Source: Octopus vulgaris
Lineage: Eukaryota
Length of the DNA: 64,000 bases
Direction: 5' to 3'
Assembly: GCA_951406725.2 (NCBI GenBank)
Contig: OX597827.1
Location: 65,596,001-65,660,000 of the forward strand
Shown: positions 52,137 to 64,000 of the stretch, one piece after another
Position numbering within the stretch: position 1 is the first letter of the stretch
How the letters are laid out: each line of letters opens with the position of its first letter
Program-made: the position numbers and the translations under genes
The notes under the pieces: generated by a model
Told to the model about the DNA's origin: nothing
Seen by the model: only the letters and a program-made list of their open reading frames with translations
Databases searched by the model: none

Positions 52137-53282
52137 TTCATTGGGGAAAAAAAGATGTACCTTGCGATGTTATATGTAGGCATATCACTTCATTTTAGCA
52201 GACTAAATTTTACAGTTTATGGTTTCTATTATTATATACTCGGGTGAAGGGTGAAGTGTTAACGGATTGAACAGAATGTAATTGGGTACAAAATAAACTA
52301 AATAAAATAAAACTAGAACAATATATAAAATATAAATGAAGATGGTTGAGGAAAGCTTAAATATAAGTAATATAAATTTATAAATAATAAAAAATAAAAT
52401 ATTCATTTATGATGTATGAATAAAATTATAAAAAATTGTATGTGTATACTTACATATATATATACACACACGCTCACACACAAACATACACATATACATA
52501 TACACAGGTATGCACGCATACACACATGCATACACATACATGCGTATATACGCATGCATACACTTACACACATACACAGTGCATATATATATATATATAT
52601 ATACTTTCACGCACATACATACACACATATGGATATATATGTATTCTTCGTACCAACCGCCCCTAAGAGTGAAATTAATATAGATCTATATTAGTCAATT
52701 AGTGCCCATTGGTTAATGAAATTTTCAATTAGTGTGTCTACACCATAGCGTTTATAGGAAAGATCTATTCTTAACGGTTTTAGTAAAACGTTGACATCAA
52801 AATGTGAATATGAATATAACATCGCGCACACACATACGTATGCGTGCATAAGTACGTACACAAACCCATATACATACATATACATACACACACAAGCATA
52901 TACATAAACACACAAACATATGCATGACCGTTCATATACATTCATATACATATGTAAAAATATATACGTGTGTATATATACATATATACATAAGTATATG
53001 CACACATACACATATATTACTATACATATATACACACGTTCATACGTACTTACATACAAACGTGCATATACACACACATGTTTGTGTAGACATACACGCC
53101 AACGTACTCGTATATATGCCTGAATGTATGTATCTACTCATATATGTATACACATTTAAGTAAGCATACATATATGTACACACCTATACTTGTACATGCG
53201 CACATATATTTATATATAAATACACATTCAGATATGCCTTAACAAATATACACATATATATAATAATGTGTATGTATGTATT

Positions 53283-53320
<38 letters not shown>

Positions 53321-53322
<2 letters not shown>

Positions 53323-53456
53323 ACATCGCTGGTCACATTGTTTTAGCCTTCCAATGCTTAGCCAGCGGGGTGGCGTCATTCGAAGGCTAAAACAATGCGA
53401 ACGTATTGTGACCAGCGATGTGTAACTACATCTGATGGACTGGTCGGTCACGTGAT

Positions 53457-53463
<7 letters not shown>
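53321..53463. mobile_element. Fold-back element fragment embedded in (TA)n
   Basis: Nested inverted arms 53322-53337/53407-53422 and 53336-53351/53382-53397; terminal palindrome tcacgtgatcacgtga. Confidence 0.6.
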
Positions 53464-53529
<66 letters not shown>

Positions 53530-54110
53530 TGTATATATTTACTTACATACATACACACATAGGTACTTATATACCGACACATACACACTTAAAATGTGTC
53601 TATGCATACCAATTATTATTTACGTATATGTGTGTAAGCCTACACTCACATAACTACATAGATTCTTACGAGCATCGGATCTAAATATAATGTAAAATAA
53701 GGTATTTTCACTCACATATGATCTAAGTTTCATGAAAAATAGGTTATAAGTATGTGCCAGTCGGTATAGTTAATTAAGTAAGGTATTAAATGTACCGATA
53801 TCTAATATCGGCTATATTCAATTTTGTTTAGTTATATATAGAACTTTTTAAATCCATTTTCCTCGTAAGCAACCTAGTGCTAACGGAGTGCAAATTCAAA
53901 ATCGTTTATAGCTGTTTCACCTCTATTATCCGTAGCATAGGCGTTGTTCCTCCAGTGCCTTAATTATAATTACAACAATATAATTTCACATATATATATA
54001 TATATATATAAAGTTAATCCAAACAAGAAAACATAAACAAAAACACAGCAACGCGAGGACGTGGAACAAATAAAGTATTATTGGACGCTCAGGAAAGAAG
54101 GGAAGAAGGA

Positions 54111-54255
<145 letters not shown>

Positions 54256-54356
54256 TCATATGAGAGAATGCCTCGTCGAAGACTGCGTATGAATGTTCGG
54301 GATTTACTGACCGACCTGCAGAAATTTATATTTTAAGATTATTTTTTCCTAGATAC

Positions 54357-54512
54357 AAGAGTAGCCGTGTGGTAAATAGTTTGCTTAAGAACCACATGAT
54401 TCTGGTTTAGTCCCACAGCGTGGCAACTTGGGCAAGTATCTTCTACTATAGCCTCGGGCCGACCAAAGCCTTGTGAGTGGATTTGGTAGACGGAAACTGA
54501 AAGAAGCCAGTC

Positions 54513-54569
<57 letters not shown>

Positions 54570-54770
54570 CCTTTGTGTTTGTCCCCACACCATCGCTTGA
54601 CACCGATGGTGGCGTGTTTACGTCCGTGTAACTTAGCGATTAGGCAAAAGAACCCGATAGAATAAGTACTAGGCTTACAAAGAATACATCCTGGGGGCGA
54701 TTCGTTCGACTAAAGGCGTTGCCCCAGCATGGCCGCAGTCAAATGACTGAAAGAAATGAAATAAAAGAAT
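54357..54770 (+). mobile_element. SINE family B, full length
   Basis: Homologous to 33778-34174. Confidence 0.9.
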
Positions 54771-55713
54771 ATATAATGTGTGTGTGTGTGTGTGTGTGAA
54801 TGTGTATGTGTGTGTTTGTCGCGCGTGTGCGTTTACGAACTCACAAGTACATACATATAAGCCACCTTGCTCACAATTTTCTTATTCAGAATGCCACTCA
54901 CATGGCCTTTTTCCGATTGAGTCTATACTAAAAGACATTTATGCAATCAAGCAGACCTTGATCACTACTCAAGTAACAATTGGTTGTGGGAAATAAGGGT
55001 TACAATGGACCGACAATATATTTAAAATCAGTACTTGCTGTATTATAAAAACTTATAGCATTCGGGCCTTTAATATATTGCGGTTTCGAATAACATGGTC
55101 GTGTATTAGGATAGAGGGTTTAATATCTATAACTTATGTTTGGATACTTTATTATTCTATGCCCACAAAAGAGCATATGATTATGTAAGCTACGTAAGTT
55201 ACCTCCCCGTTTCAATGGTGAGACCAACCGGTTGGTTTATGCTTCAGTTGAGGATTATATTACTAGGACATCTGCTAGCACTTCATTAATTAATGGTTTT
55301 ATTCCTCTAATCACCATGCGGCTGTTAGACATGTTGTTTGCTTTTCGTTATAGTATTATAGATACATCTCATTCATTACGGCCATTAATTAAATATGAAA
55401 TTCGAAATGCATATAAAATCTTTTGGGGATATCGCAGTTCAGAAATTTGAGAATAATATTTGCTATATTTATGCGTAAAGTAATAATTATCAGGAAAATT
55501 GAGAGTGAAGCCAAACAGAGCAATGGATAGAATTTTCAGTTATTAAATTTCAGTCTTTGAATCATATCCGTTGATGAAATTTTGTATTCTCTTTGAGATT
55601 TACCATTTGACACAGCTTTTAATCTCATGTCTGCTCGAGCTAAGAAAAGCTAGAATCTTACGCTTCGCAGACTTACCATGCTATTCATTTAAGAAATAGT
55701 ATATCTTAGATAT

Positions 55714-55962
55714 GTGGAGGCGAGTGGCTCAGTGGTTAGGGTGTCAGCATCATGATCGTAATACTGTGGTTTCGATTCCCCGACCGGGTAACGCGTTGTG
55801 TTCTTGAGCCAAAAAAATTCATTTCACGTTGCTCCAGTCCACTCAGCTGGCAAAAATGAGTAACGCTGCGATAGACTGGTGTCCCGTCCAGCTGGGGAAC
55901 GCATACGCCATTGAAACTGGAAAACCAGGCCCATAAGCCTGGCTAGGCTTTAAAAGGGCGCA
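55714..55962 (+). mobile_element. tRNA-derived SINE family D with TSD
   Basis: A box tggctcagtgg, B box ggtttcgattcc, core ctgcgatagactggtgtcccgtccag; flanking direct repeat cttagatatgt at 55705-55715 and 55980-55990. Confidence 0.85.
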
Positions 55963-56410
55963 TTTATATTTATTTATACCTTAGATATGTTTTTTTAAAA
56001 ATTTAAAGTCAAATTTTGACGGAGGTTTTAGCTGTTATATTTAGTCAGTGAACAGTCCACTTCGGAGTTTTTCCTCGTTCTGTCTTGCCTGTATTAAAGA
56101 AGAGAATTTATGAGTGGCCGACGTCTCGCATATATAGTCGCAAGTCACCGTCGTATTCGATTAGAATGAATTTGATTCCCTGTGCACACCATTACGGTTT
56201 CCATGTTTCAGTAGTACTTGTAAGACCGGCTAACGTTAATCCACCTACTTGATTTGAATAGTGAAGTGATCATCTTGGCCTATTTTAACTCTGATAACAT
56301 AATCCGTTCGGTGATTCAGTGTAATTTGAGGTCATAGGTTATATATCCTACATAGATAATTTTGGCGCATCTGTTTTTGGCATATTTTGCAAATTTGAAG
56401 AAGATGTATA

Positions 56411-56776
56411 CTCACTTTTACTCTTTTACTTATTTCAGTCATTTAACAGTGGCCATGCTGGAGCACCGCCTTTAGTCGAGCAAATCGAACCAAAGACTTA
56501 TTCTTTCTAAGCATAGTACTTATTCTATCGGACACTTTTGTTGAACCACTAAGTTACGGGAACGTAAAGACATACACACAAACATATACGCACGCATATA
56601 TATATATATATATATATATATTCGACGGGCTTCTTTCAGTTTCCGTCTACCAAATTCATTCACAAGGCTTTGGTCGCCCCGAGCCTATAGTAGAAGACAC
56701 TTGCCCAAGGTGCCACACAGTGGACTGAACCCGGAACCATGTGGCCGGTAAGCATGCTACTTACCACACAGCCACT
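56411..56776 (-). mobile_element. SINE family B
   Basis: Reverse complement of the family B consensus with an internal deletion. Confidence 0.9.
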
Positions 56777-57750
56777 GTATATAAAGATGTATATAAATAT
56801 TATTTCATTTCCACTTATTGTCTCAAACAGAGTCTTTAACAGTTCCGATTTATATATCGGCCTTTGAAATTCAAACGTGCTCAAGAAACACTCTTCCTCT
56901 CTAGTAATTCTTCTACCTCTTCTTCACTGTAAACAAGCGATGGTTTTCAAGCAGAAAGTAATGTGGCGTCATAGAGCTCTTAGTGAAGTAGGAAACAGTA
57001 ATGAAGATGGCAGGAGTCTTTAAACGTGTGCAAAGTGGCTATCTTGGCTGAAGAAACACAATGTGGAAGAGAGAAATGCTGATGTCGAATTTGATCTGCT
57101 AGAAGCGCTCCGATCTAGTGACAATCTATGAAAGTTATCTTCATGATATGGAAAAGCTCTATTCGTGATAGGGCGTAACATATTGTCCCCCAAATTTTAG
57201 AACGCCAAAATTTAAGAGCGTCACTATCAACATAGAACGTTAGTCTTTGACTACAACTTAACCTTGAGGTACAGTGGGACACTCAAAATAGCCCACAAAA
57301 TCCCATCCAGGGAAGAATGAATAAAAAAAATTGGACACGAGTTGCATTCTTCAGCTAAAAATGCAATCGCACCCAACATTGGCAACAAATCAAGCCATCG
57401 GTTCATTGGTTTGTCAGTAGTCCCTCCTAAGAGTATTGACAAATATAACGTCCTTTGACATCCACCTTTGTGTTCAAATGGAAAACATACTTCGGAACCA
57501 AACAACTGGTGGACGACGTAAAAGTTGAAATGAAGAAAGAGACACAACATGGCAAAACTGAAATTTTTCAGAGGACTAGAGAATAGGTCTCAAAATCAGA
57601 GGACCTCCATCGGTTGTGATCATAGCTTTGTTGAACCATTATTGTGTTTAGAGGACAAGTACTCTAATAATCTGTGGTATTTGAATAACAAATGTCAGTT
57701 CAAAAAAAAATCACAATACATTTTGCTTTGCCGTGGGTATAATACTTGTG

Positions 57751-57940
57751 TACGAAGGGGTGCTGAAATATTCCTGACCATGAGTAAAACGAAATAAATA
57801 TTTCCCTCTCAGATTTTCATCACGAACTTATTGTAGCGGTTCTTCAGTTTTCTAAGCCCTGTAAAAGAACCCAGAAGACTGAACATTCAACCAACCGTTT
57901 CATGATATCCTTAAAGGCGGAAAATTTTCAGCACCCTCTC
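57751..57940. mobile_element. Mariner-derived MITE
   Basis: Inverted ends tacgaaggggtgctgaaatattcc / gaaaattttcagcaccctctc; body homologous to 59270-59408. Confidence 0.7.
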
Positions 57941-58568
57941 AGATGATTACGAAATACATTGATTAGATTCTAGCAACGTATCAATGGATAGGTACCATTT
58001 GCAGGACTGGTAACAAGAATCGATCAGGCGCATCTTACCACTGTTTCATCTCCTAACATAATTGAATCATCGACAACACCATAACTCATTTACTCTGCTA
58101 TATTACTTAAATGAATCATAAACCAAGACATAATGTCCAGCTGATATATATCTATTATAACAGTAATAGTTTTATGATTAGTGAAATAACTTACCACTTC
58201 CGTAATTTAATACTCTTAACCTCGGCATATACCACCAACACGTTGTGTAGCGCTTATTAACGAAAAGATTGATTGAATAATCATTGAGAATCACAGAAAA
58301 TCTAATTATCGCCCGATTCATCAACTAAAATGGAAATGATTCTTATTTGTGCTCTTAATTCAATTGATATTTAATATAATTTACATTTCCTTACGACCGT
58401 ATCAACTGAGTGTCGATCCACATCGAGAAGTATTGAAAAGATATATATGTGTGTGTAAGTGTATTTATTTGCGTGTCTGTATGCATATATATGGGTGTAC
58501 ATAATACATATATACATACACGGTCACACGTACATATATATATATATATATTTATTTATTTATCTATA

Positions 58569-58607
<39 letters not shown>

Positions 58608-58612
58608 ATATG

Positions 58613-58695
<83 letters not shown>

Positions 58696-58696
58696 G

Positions 58697-58785
58697 CGCT
58701 GGTGTCGATGTAATCGACTTAATCCTTTTATCTATCCTTCTTTGTTCCCTCTATGTTTAGCCCCTTGTGGGCAATAAAAAAATAA
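58697..58785 (+). mobile_element. SINE family A tail fragment
   Basis: gctggtgtcgatgtaatcgacttaatcc...tgtttagccccttgtgggcaataaa. Confidence 0.8.
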
Positions 58786-59269
58786 ATACTAACTACAATC
58801 TATCCTCTGTGTTGCTTATTAAAGACAATCAACCTCCAACCAGACCTATCTCAAAGTAGCTATATATCTATCCTTATTCTAATTTATGTTGTTTAAGCTT
58901 GTCACCCTTCATCGAGCAGAAATTCGGCTAAATGTTTACCGCCAGGAACATTACATCTTCGCTTCTTTGCAGCCGATGTATTCAGAAATCATTTTCCTGC
59001 AAACCCTTTCTTTTACTAATGCAATTGATCTGATAGCTACTTCTACCCAGTTGCATAATCAATTAGAAGTGTCCGCAATACCTCATTATCAAAGGGATTC
59101 AGGCAGCTTTTTTCTCATCATTGTTTTGGGGAATCTCGTACACCTTATTGCCTTATTAATCTGTACTGCTATTAAGATGTTATCGCTTAAATTGCGGGTG
59201 TGCTGCAAATATTCTTGTTTTACGATAAAGAAAATATTGTTGTATCAGTTATGATTTTATTCAACATAT

Positions 59270-59408
59270 TCCCGTCTCAGATTCACACACATGTTGCAGT
59301 GGTCCTTCAGTTATTCTAAAGCCCGTAAAAGAACTTAGAAGGTTGAGCCTCCAGCCAAGGCCTTTCGCAATACCCTTAGAACCAGGAACTTCTCTGCAAC
59401 CCCTCGTA
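59270..59408. mobile_element. Partial mariner-derived MITE (same family as 57751-57940)
   Basis: cttcagtt.ttctaa.gccc.taaaagaac..agaag...ccaggaacttctctgcaacccctcgta. Confidence 0.65.
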
Positions 59409-59649
59409 TGAGGTCGAGTGCCACAATGTGTTTCACTTCAACCCGTGTTGTAGTTTTCTTTATCACATTATTTCATTTTGAAATATTTTTACCAATAGAC
59501 ACTTTTAGGCTGTGATATGAAAATATGTATATCCCTTTACTTATGAATTTAAAACAAACGTGAGTAGCTAAATGCTAAGGTATTCGTTCGGTCTGCTAGG
59601 AGGTTGATTGTCTTTAATAAGCAACACAGAAGATAGATTGTAGTTAGTA

Positions 59650-59740
59650 TTTATTTCTTTATTGCCCACAGGGGGCTAAACATAGAGGGAACAAAGAAGG
59701 ACAGACACAGGGATTAAGTCGATTACATCGACCCTAGCGC
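59650..59740 (-). mobile_element. SINE family A tail fragment
   Basis: tatttctttattgcccacagggggctaaacatagagg...ggattaagtcgattacatcgaccc. Confidence 0.85.
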
Positions 59741-60282
59741 GAAGCCTGACAGGTAATTCATTGAAAAAATATGTACCCTCTACGCATATACATGAGTGTG
59801 TCAAAAAGAAGATCAAATTTCAAAAAACGTGGTTTCGGTTTCAGTTACACTACTGCGCGATACTTTGGGCAGGGGCCTTCTAGCTAGATCCTGGGCCGCC
59901 AAACACCTTGTGAGTAAATTCTTTGGACTGAAACTTTATGGAAACCCGCATTATACATATATTCCTACATACACACATACATACATTATAAGTTCAGGTT
60001 TATACCTGTAATTTTTGGTGCCTGGGGATATGTAACACACTACCTAAATACCAAACTTGAGTATTTAGGCTTCGCAGAACTAGAAAAGGAGAAAGCTAAT
60101 TCAAAGACTACAGATCCAATCCATGACTGGAACTGTAAAAATATCTGTAAAACTTTCCAGAAGTTTCTCATTTAAATATATATGAGCATGTCTAGATATG
60201 CAACTATACGCATGAGAATACATACATACATAATACTTACATACATGCATACACACATATATTCATACATACGTACAAACAA

Positions 60283-60725
60283 AAATACCCTGCTGTTGAT
60301 GTTGAAATTCCAAAGAAGGAGACTTGGATCTAGGTTAGAAACTGGTTCTTTCTCTATTGGCAAGGCATCTTGAAATAAACTGGATGATGGCATACATACA
60401 TAAAAACATATATAGATATAAACATATATACATACATTTTGCTTTGAAAATCAAAGAGAAAGAAGATAACTGTGGACAACCGCTTCGAAACTTCTAGCTT
60501 CTATATCCGTATTAAAAAATTTAGAATCATACCAATAATAATTGGAGCGCATGGTTTTCTAAGACAATGTCATTCTGGATAAGCTTGGATTATCAGAGAA
60601 AGAAATCACCCAACTAACTCGCATATGAAATATACAATCCCTAAGTGGAACAGTAAAACGATGCAAGATTTTTCTCAGGCGAAAATGTGACATTGTCTTA
60701 TTATCTTGATTAGAAACCGGCTAAT
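60283..60725 (+). mobile_element. RLE-type non-LTR retrotransposon 3' remnants in (CATA)n
   Basis: 60440-60680 translates LKIKEKEDNCGQPLRNF..FRIIPIIIGAHG..LDKLGLSEKEITQL..IQSLSGTVKRCKIFL, the C-terminal RLE pattern (K.K..Y..L, P.IIGA.G). UTR-like pieces share ttagaaac.gg at ~60335 and ~60710. Flanked by (CATA)n. Confidence 0.55.
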
Positions 60726-61217
60726 TCAAAGGAATAATTTATATGATTAAATACAGAAGATTAATACACATACGTCCATGCATAGATGTATCTCTATATA
60801 ACCATTTATGACTAAGTTTACGTGTGTGTGTGTGTGTGTGTGCGTGTTCACTTGTGTGCGTATGTGTATGTGTATGTGTCTGTGTGTGTGCCTGCGTGTT
60901 CATTTGTATGTGTTTATGAGTTCGCGTAAATACTTGAATGTTACATGTGTAATCCACAGTGTACTCCATAATTAATCTTGCAGAGTTAATATCCAATACT
61001 AATGCCAAACTGTTACCCCAAACATAATAAATTACACGCTTGTCTAAAACAAGTTCAGTGAGTGAATCAAAGGATAGGAACATTAAGATCAAAAGAATGG
61101 CATAAACGAAACAGGCACGAAGAGTAATTCACTTCATGAAATGCTCGCGCTCTGTGTGTAAAACTCATGCACACTTGCAGAAGCACACAGATACATACAT
61201 ACATTCATACATATACG

Positions 61218-61307
<90 letters not shown>

Positions 61308-61363
61308 CATATGTATATATTTATATATATATATACGTATATATATATATGTAAATATATATT

Positions 61364-61394
<31 letters not shown>

Positions 61395-61716
61395 TTATAT
61401 GTATATATATATACATGTATATATATATATATGTATATATTTATGTATATATGTATATATGTATATATATATATGTATATATGTATATATATATATATGT
61501 ATATATAAATATATATGTATATATATATGTATATAGAAATATATACGTATATATATATGTATATAGAAATATATATGTATATATATATGTATATATAAAT
61601 ATATATATACTATATATATATATACCTATACACGTACATGTGTGTGTATGAATACATCTATACAATACGAATAGTCACATGCATACATATACACATGGAG
61701 TATATTTATATACGTA

Positions 61717-61768
<52 letters not shown>

Positions 61769-62059
61769 TACACGATGATAATAGATGAACGTAAAACTCA
61801 CACAACAATAGAGAGAGAGAGAGAGAGGGTAACATACAGAGAGAGAGAGAGAGACGAGCAGAGAAATAGTAAAGAGTGAAAAATCTACATTCCTTCGTTG
61901 ATCGTAAGTGCACAGAGGAATTAAATGCGAATCTATTATTTTGCTTGGATCCATCAAAGAACAATACTTGCTAACGAAGGCTTTCAACGACGCTTATATT
62001 TTCCAATTTGTATTCATCTCTTAAATCATGTTTACTCCGAACACTCAGTGGATTCACCA

Positions 62060-62097
<38 letters not shown>

Positions 62098-62098
<1 letters not shown>

Positions 62099-62498
62099 CT
62101 CTTTACTTGTTTCAGTCATTTGACTGCGGCCATGCTGGAGCACTGCCTTTAGTCGAGAAAATCGACCCCGGGACTTATTCTTTGTAATCCCAGTACTTAT
62201 TCTATCGGTCTCTTTTGCCGAACCGCTAAGTGAGATGGGGAGGTAAACACACCAGCATCGGTTGTCAAGCAATGCTAGTGGGACAAACACAGACACACAA
62301 ACATATACACACACACTTATATATATATACATATATACGACAGGCTTCTTTCAGTTTCCGCCTACCAAATCCACTCACAAGGCATTGGTCGGCCCGGGGC
62401 TATAGCAGAAGACACTTGCCCAAGATGCCACGCAGTGGGACTGAACCCGGAACCATGTGGTTGGTTAGCAAGCTACTTACCACACAGCCACTCCTGCG

Positions 62499-62500
<2 letters not shown>
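62098..62500 (-). mobile_element. SINE family B, full length
   Basis: Reverse complement of 33778-34174. Confidence 0.92.
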
Positions 62501-62550
<50 letters not shown>

Positions 62551-63492
62551 TATATATACATACACATATCTATGTATCTGTCTATCTATTTATTTACCTA
62601 CCTATATCTATATTTATCAATATATAATGCGCGTATATGTGCTCATATATCGATGTATTCCCATATATAAGTTGTTTTTTGTTAAGCTTTTCATTTTAGC
62701 GTATAAGACCATTTTGTTTGTTTAAGGAGAATTACGTTTCTAAACCCATTTGCTTTTAGAAACCTTTTCACCTTCATCTTTCGAATAAAGGCATTTTAGC
62801 GGCATGTGTTGCCACGTTTTGTCATTGAGAACAAACGATCTTGGGAATAATGTCATGGATCAATTACTTGTTGGCAGATTTAAACCTGATAATCAATTAG
62901 CTCATATTTCCTAAATATTGATATTTTCACCTTTTTTCATTTAACAATTATGTAATTAATATTTTGAAATCGTAAATATTCCAAGCGAGTTGAAGACCTG
63001 GGGATGTTGAAATATCAATGAGATTTTTCGTTTACTACCCTTCCAAATATATTTAGCCCTTCAGATTTATTAAGAGACGATGCATGCAGTTAATAAGGCA
63101 TTGAATAATCCTATATTGTTCTCTTGCTTAAAACCCATAGGTTTCCTATACATATACGCAGAAGCATTCATCTAATGTTATGTAATATGACGTAGTTATT
63201 AAAAGTCGTTGAATGAATAATCATGCCTGTAGCGTGTTTGATCAATCCTTTCGTATTTATTTACTAGATTAAAGCTCCAGTACTATGTAGTAGTTATGTC
63301 ATTGATGCGTAAATTGATTTACAATACCTGGTAACTGAGATCATTACATAATCGTTTAACCGCTATGCTGAGAGGTTAGATGAAAGAAATATTTATGGGT
63401 TCATTCGGAACACCATGTTAGCGAGGACTGAAAGATTTCGAGGCAGTGTTCTCGCATGGCCGACGCCTAATGATGGAAACTAGTAAATATAT

Positions 63493-63722
63493 GTTTCTTT
63501 ATTACCCACAAGGGGCTAAACATAGAAGGGACAAACGAGGACAGACAAACGAATTAAGTCGATTAAACCAACCCCAGGGCGTAACTAGTTCTTAATTTAT
63601 CGACCCCGAAAGGATGAAAGGCAAAGTCGACCTCGGCGGAATTTGAACTCAGAACGTAACGGCAGACGATATACGGCTACGTATTTCGGCCGGCGTGCTA
63701 ACGGTTCTGCCAATTCGCCGTC
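63493..63722 (-). mobile_element. SINE family A
   Basis: Reverse complement of the family A consensus; short flanking repeat ctagtaaa. Confidence 0.9.
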
Positions 63723-63807
63723 CTAGTAAAAATAAAAAGATGTAATATATCTCTTCGAAAGCGTGCGTTCGAATCACTCCGCTGTCATGAGGAATATTTT
63801 ATCAAAT

Positions 63808-63990
63808 GCAGACATGGCTGTATGGTAAGAACTTTGTGTTCGAAATGACATGATTCCTAGTTCACTCCCTCTGAAGTATCACCTTGTCAAGTGCTTTCTA
63901 CTATAACCTCGAACCGACCAAATGCTTGTGAGTGGATTTGGTGGTCGAAAACTAAAACAATCACATCATATACATAGAGACCGGTCGTGT
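63808..63990 (+). mobile_element. Degenerate SINE family B, 5' half
   Basis: gcagacatggctgtatggtaag...ttctactataacctcgaaccgaccaa.gcttgtgagtggatttggt. Confidence 0.7.
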
Positions 63991-64000
63991 ATACATGGCT

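Noticed and set aside
53900-53925. GAAACAGCTATA half-motif on minus strand
   Set aside because: No CUGANGA partner upstream.
57250-57700. Possible mariner C-terminal remnant
   Set aside because: Only faint resemblance; no intact diagnostic motif could be read.

Overview
AT-rich animal genomic DNA dominated by microsatellites and transposable elements. The SINE repertoire and (TA)n/(TATC)n/(TAA)n density strongly suggest an octopus (cephalopod) intron or intergenic region; this is an inference from recognised repeat types, not a database result. I found no convincing host protein-coding gene: almost all supplied ORFs are microsatellite read-through. The recognisable content is a 5'-truncated CR1-type LINE, two RTE 3' ends, two Tx1/L1-like 3' ends in (GATA)n, an R4/Dong-like restriction-endonuclease fragment in (TAA)n, a Penelope-like RT fragment, Tc1/mariner, hAT and Helitron remnants, many copies of 4-5 tRNA-derived SINE families, and a tRNA-Thr(TGT) pseudogene. 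The most interesting hidden layer is RNA-structural: about ten minimal type I hammerhead ribozyme motifs, of the Penelope/retrozyme kind with a palindromic stem III. One is fully intact and sits beside its own 109-bp antisense copy (36103-36408). Another ends a tRNA-headed, SINE-like unit: Pol III A/B boxes + (AAC/AAT)n + hammerhead (18714-18980).
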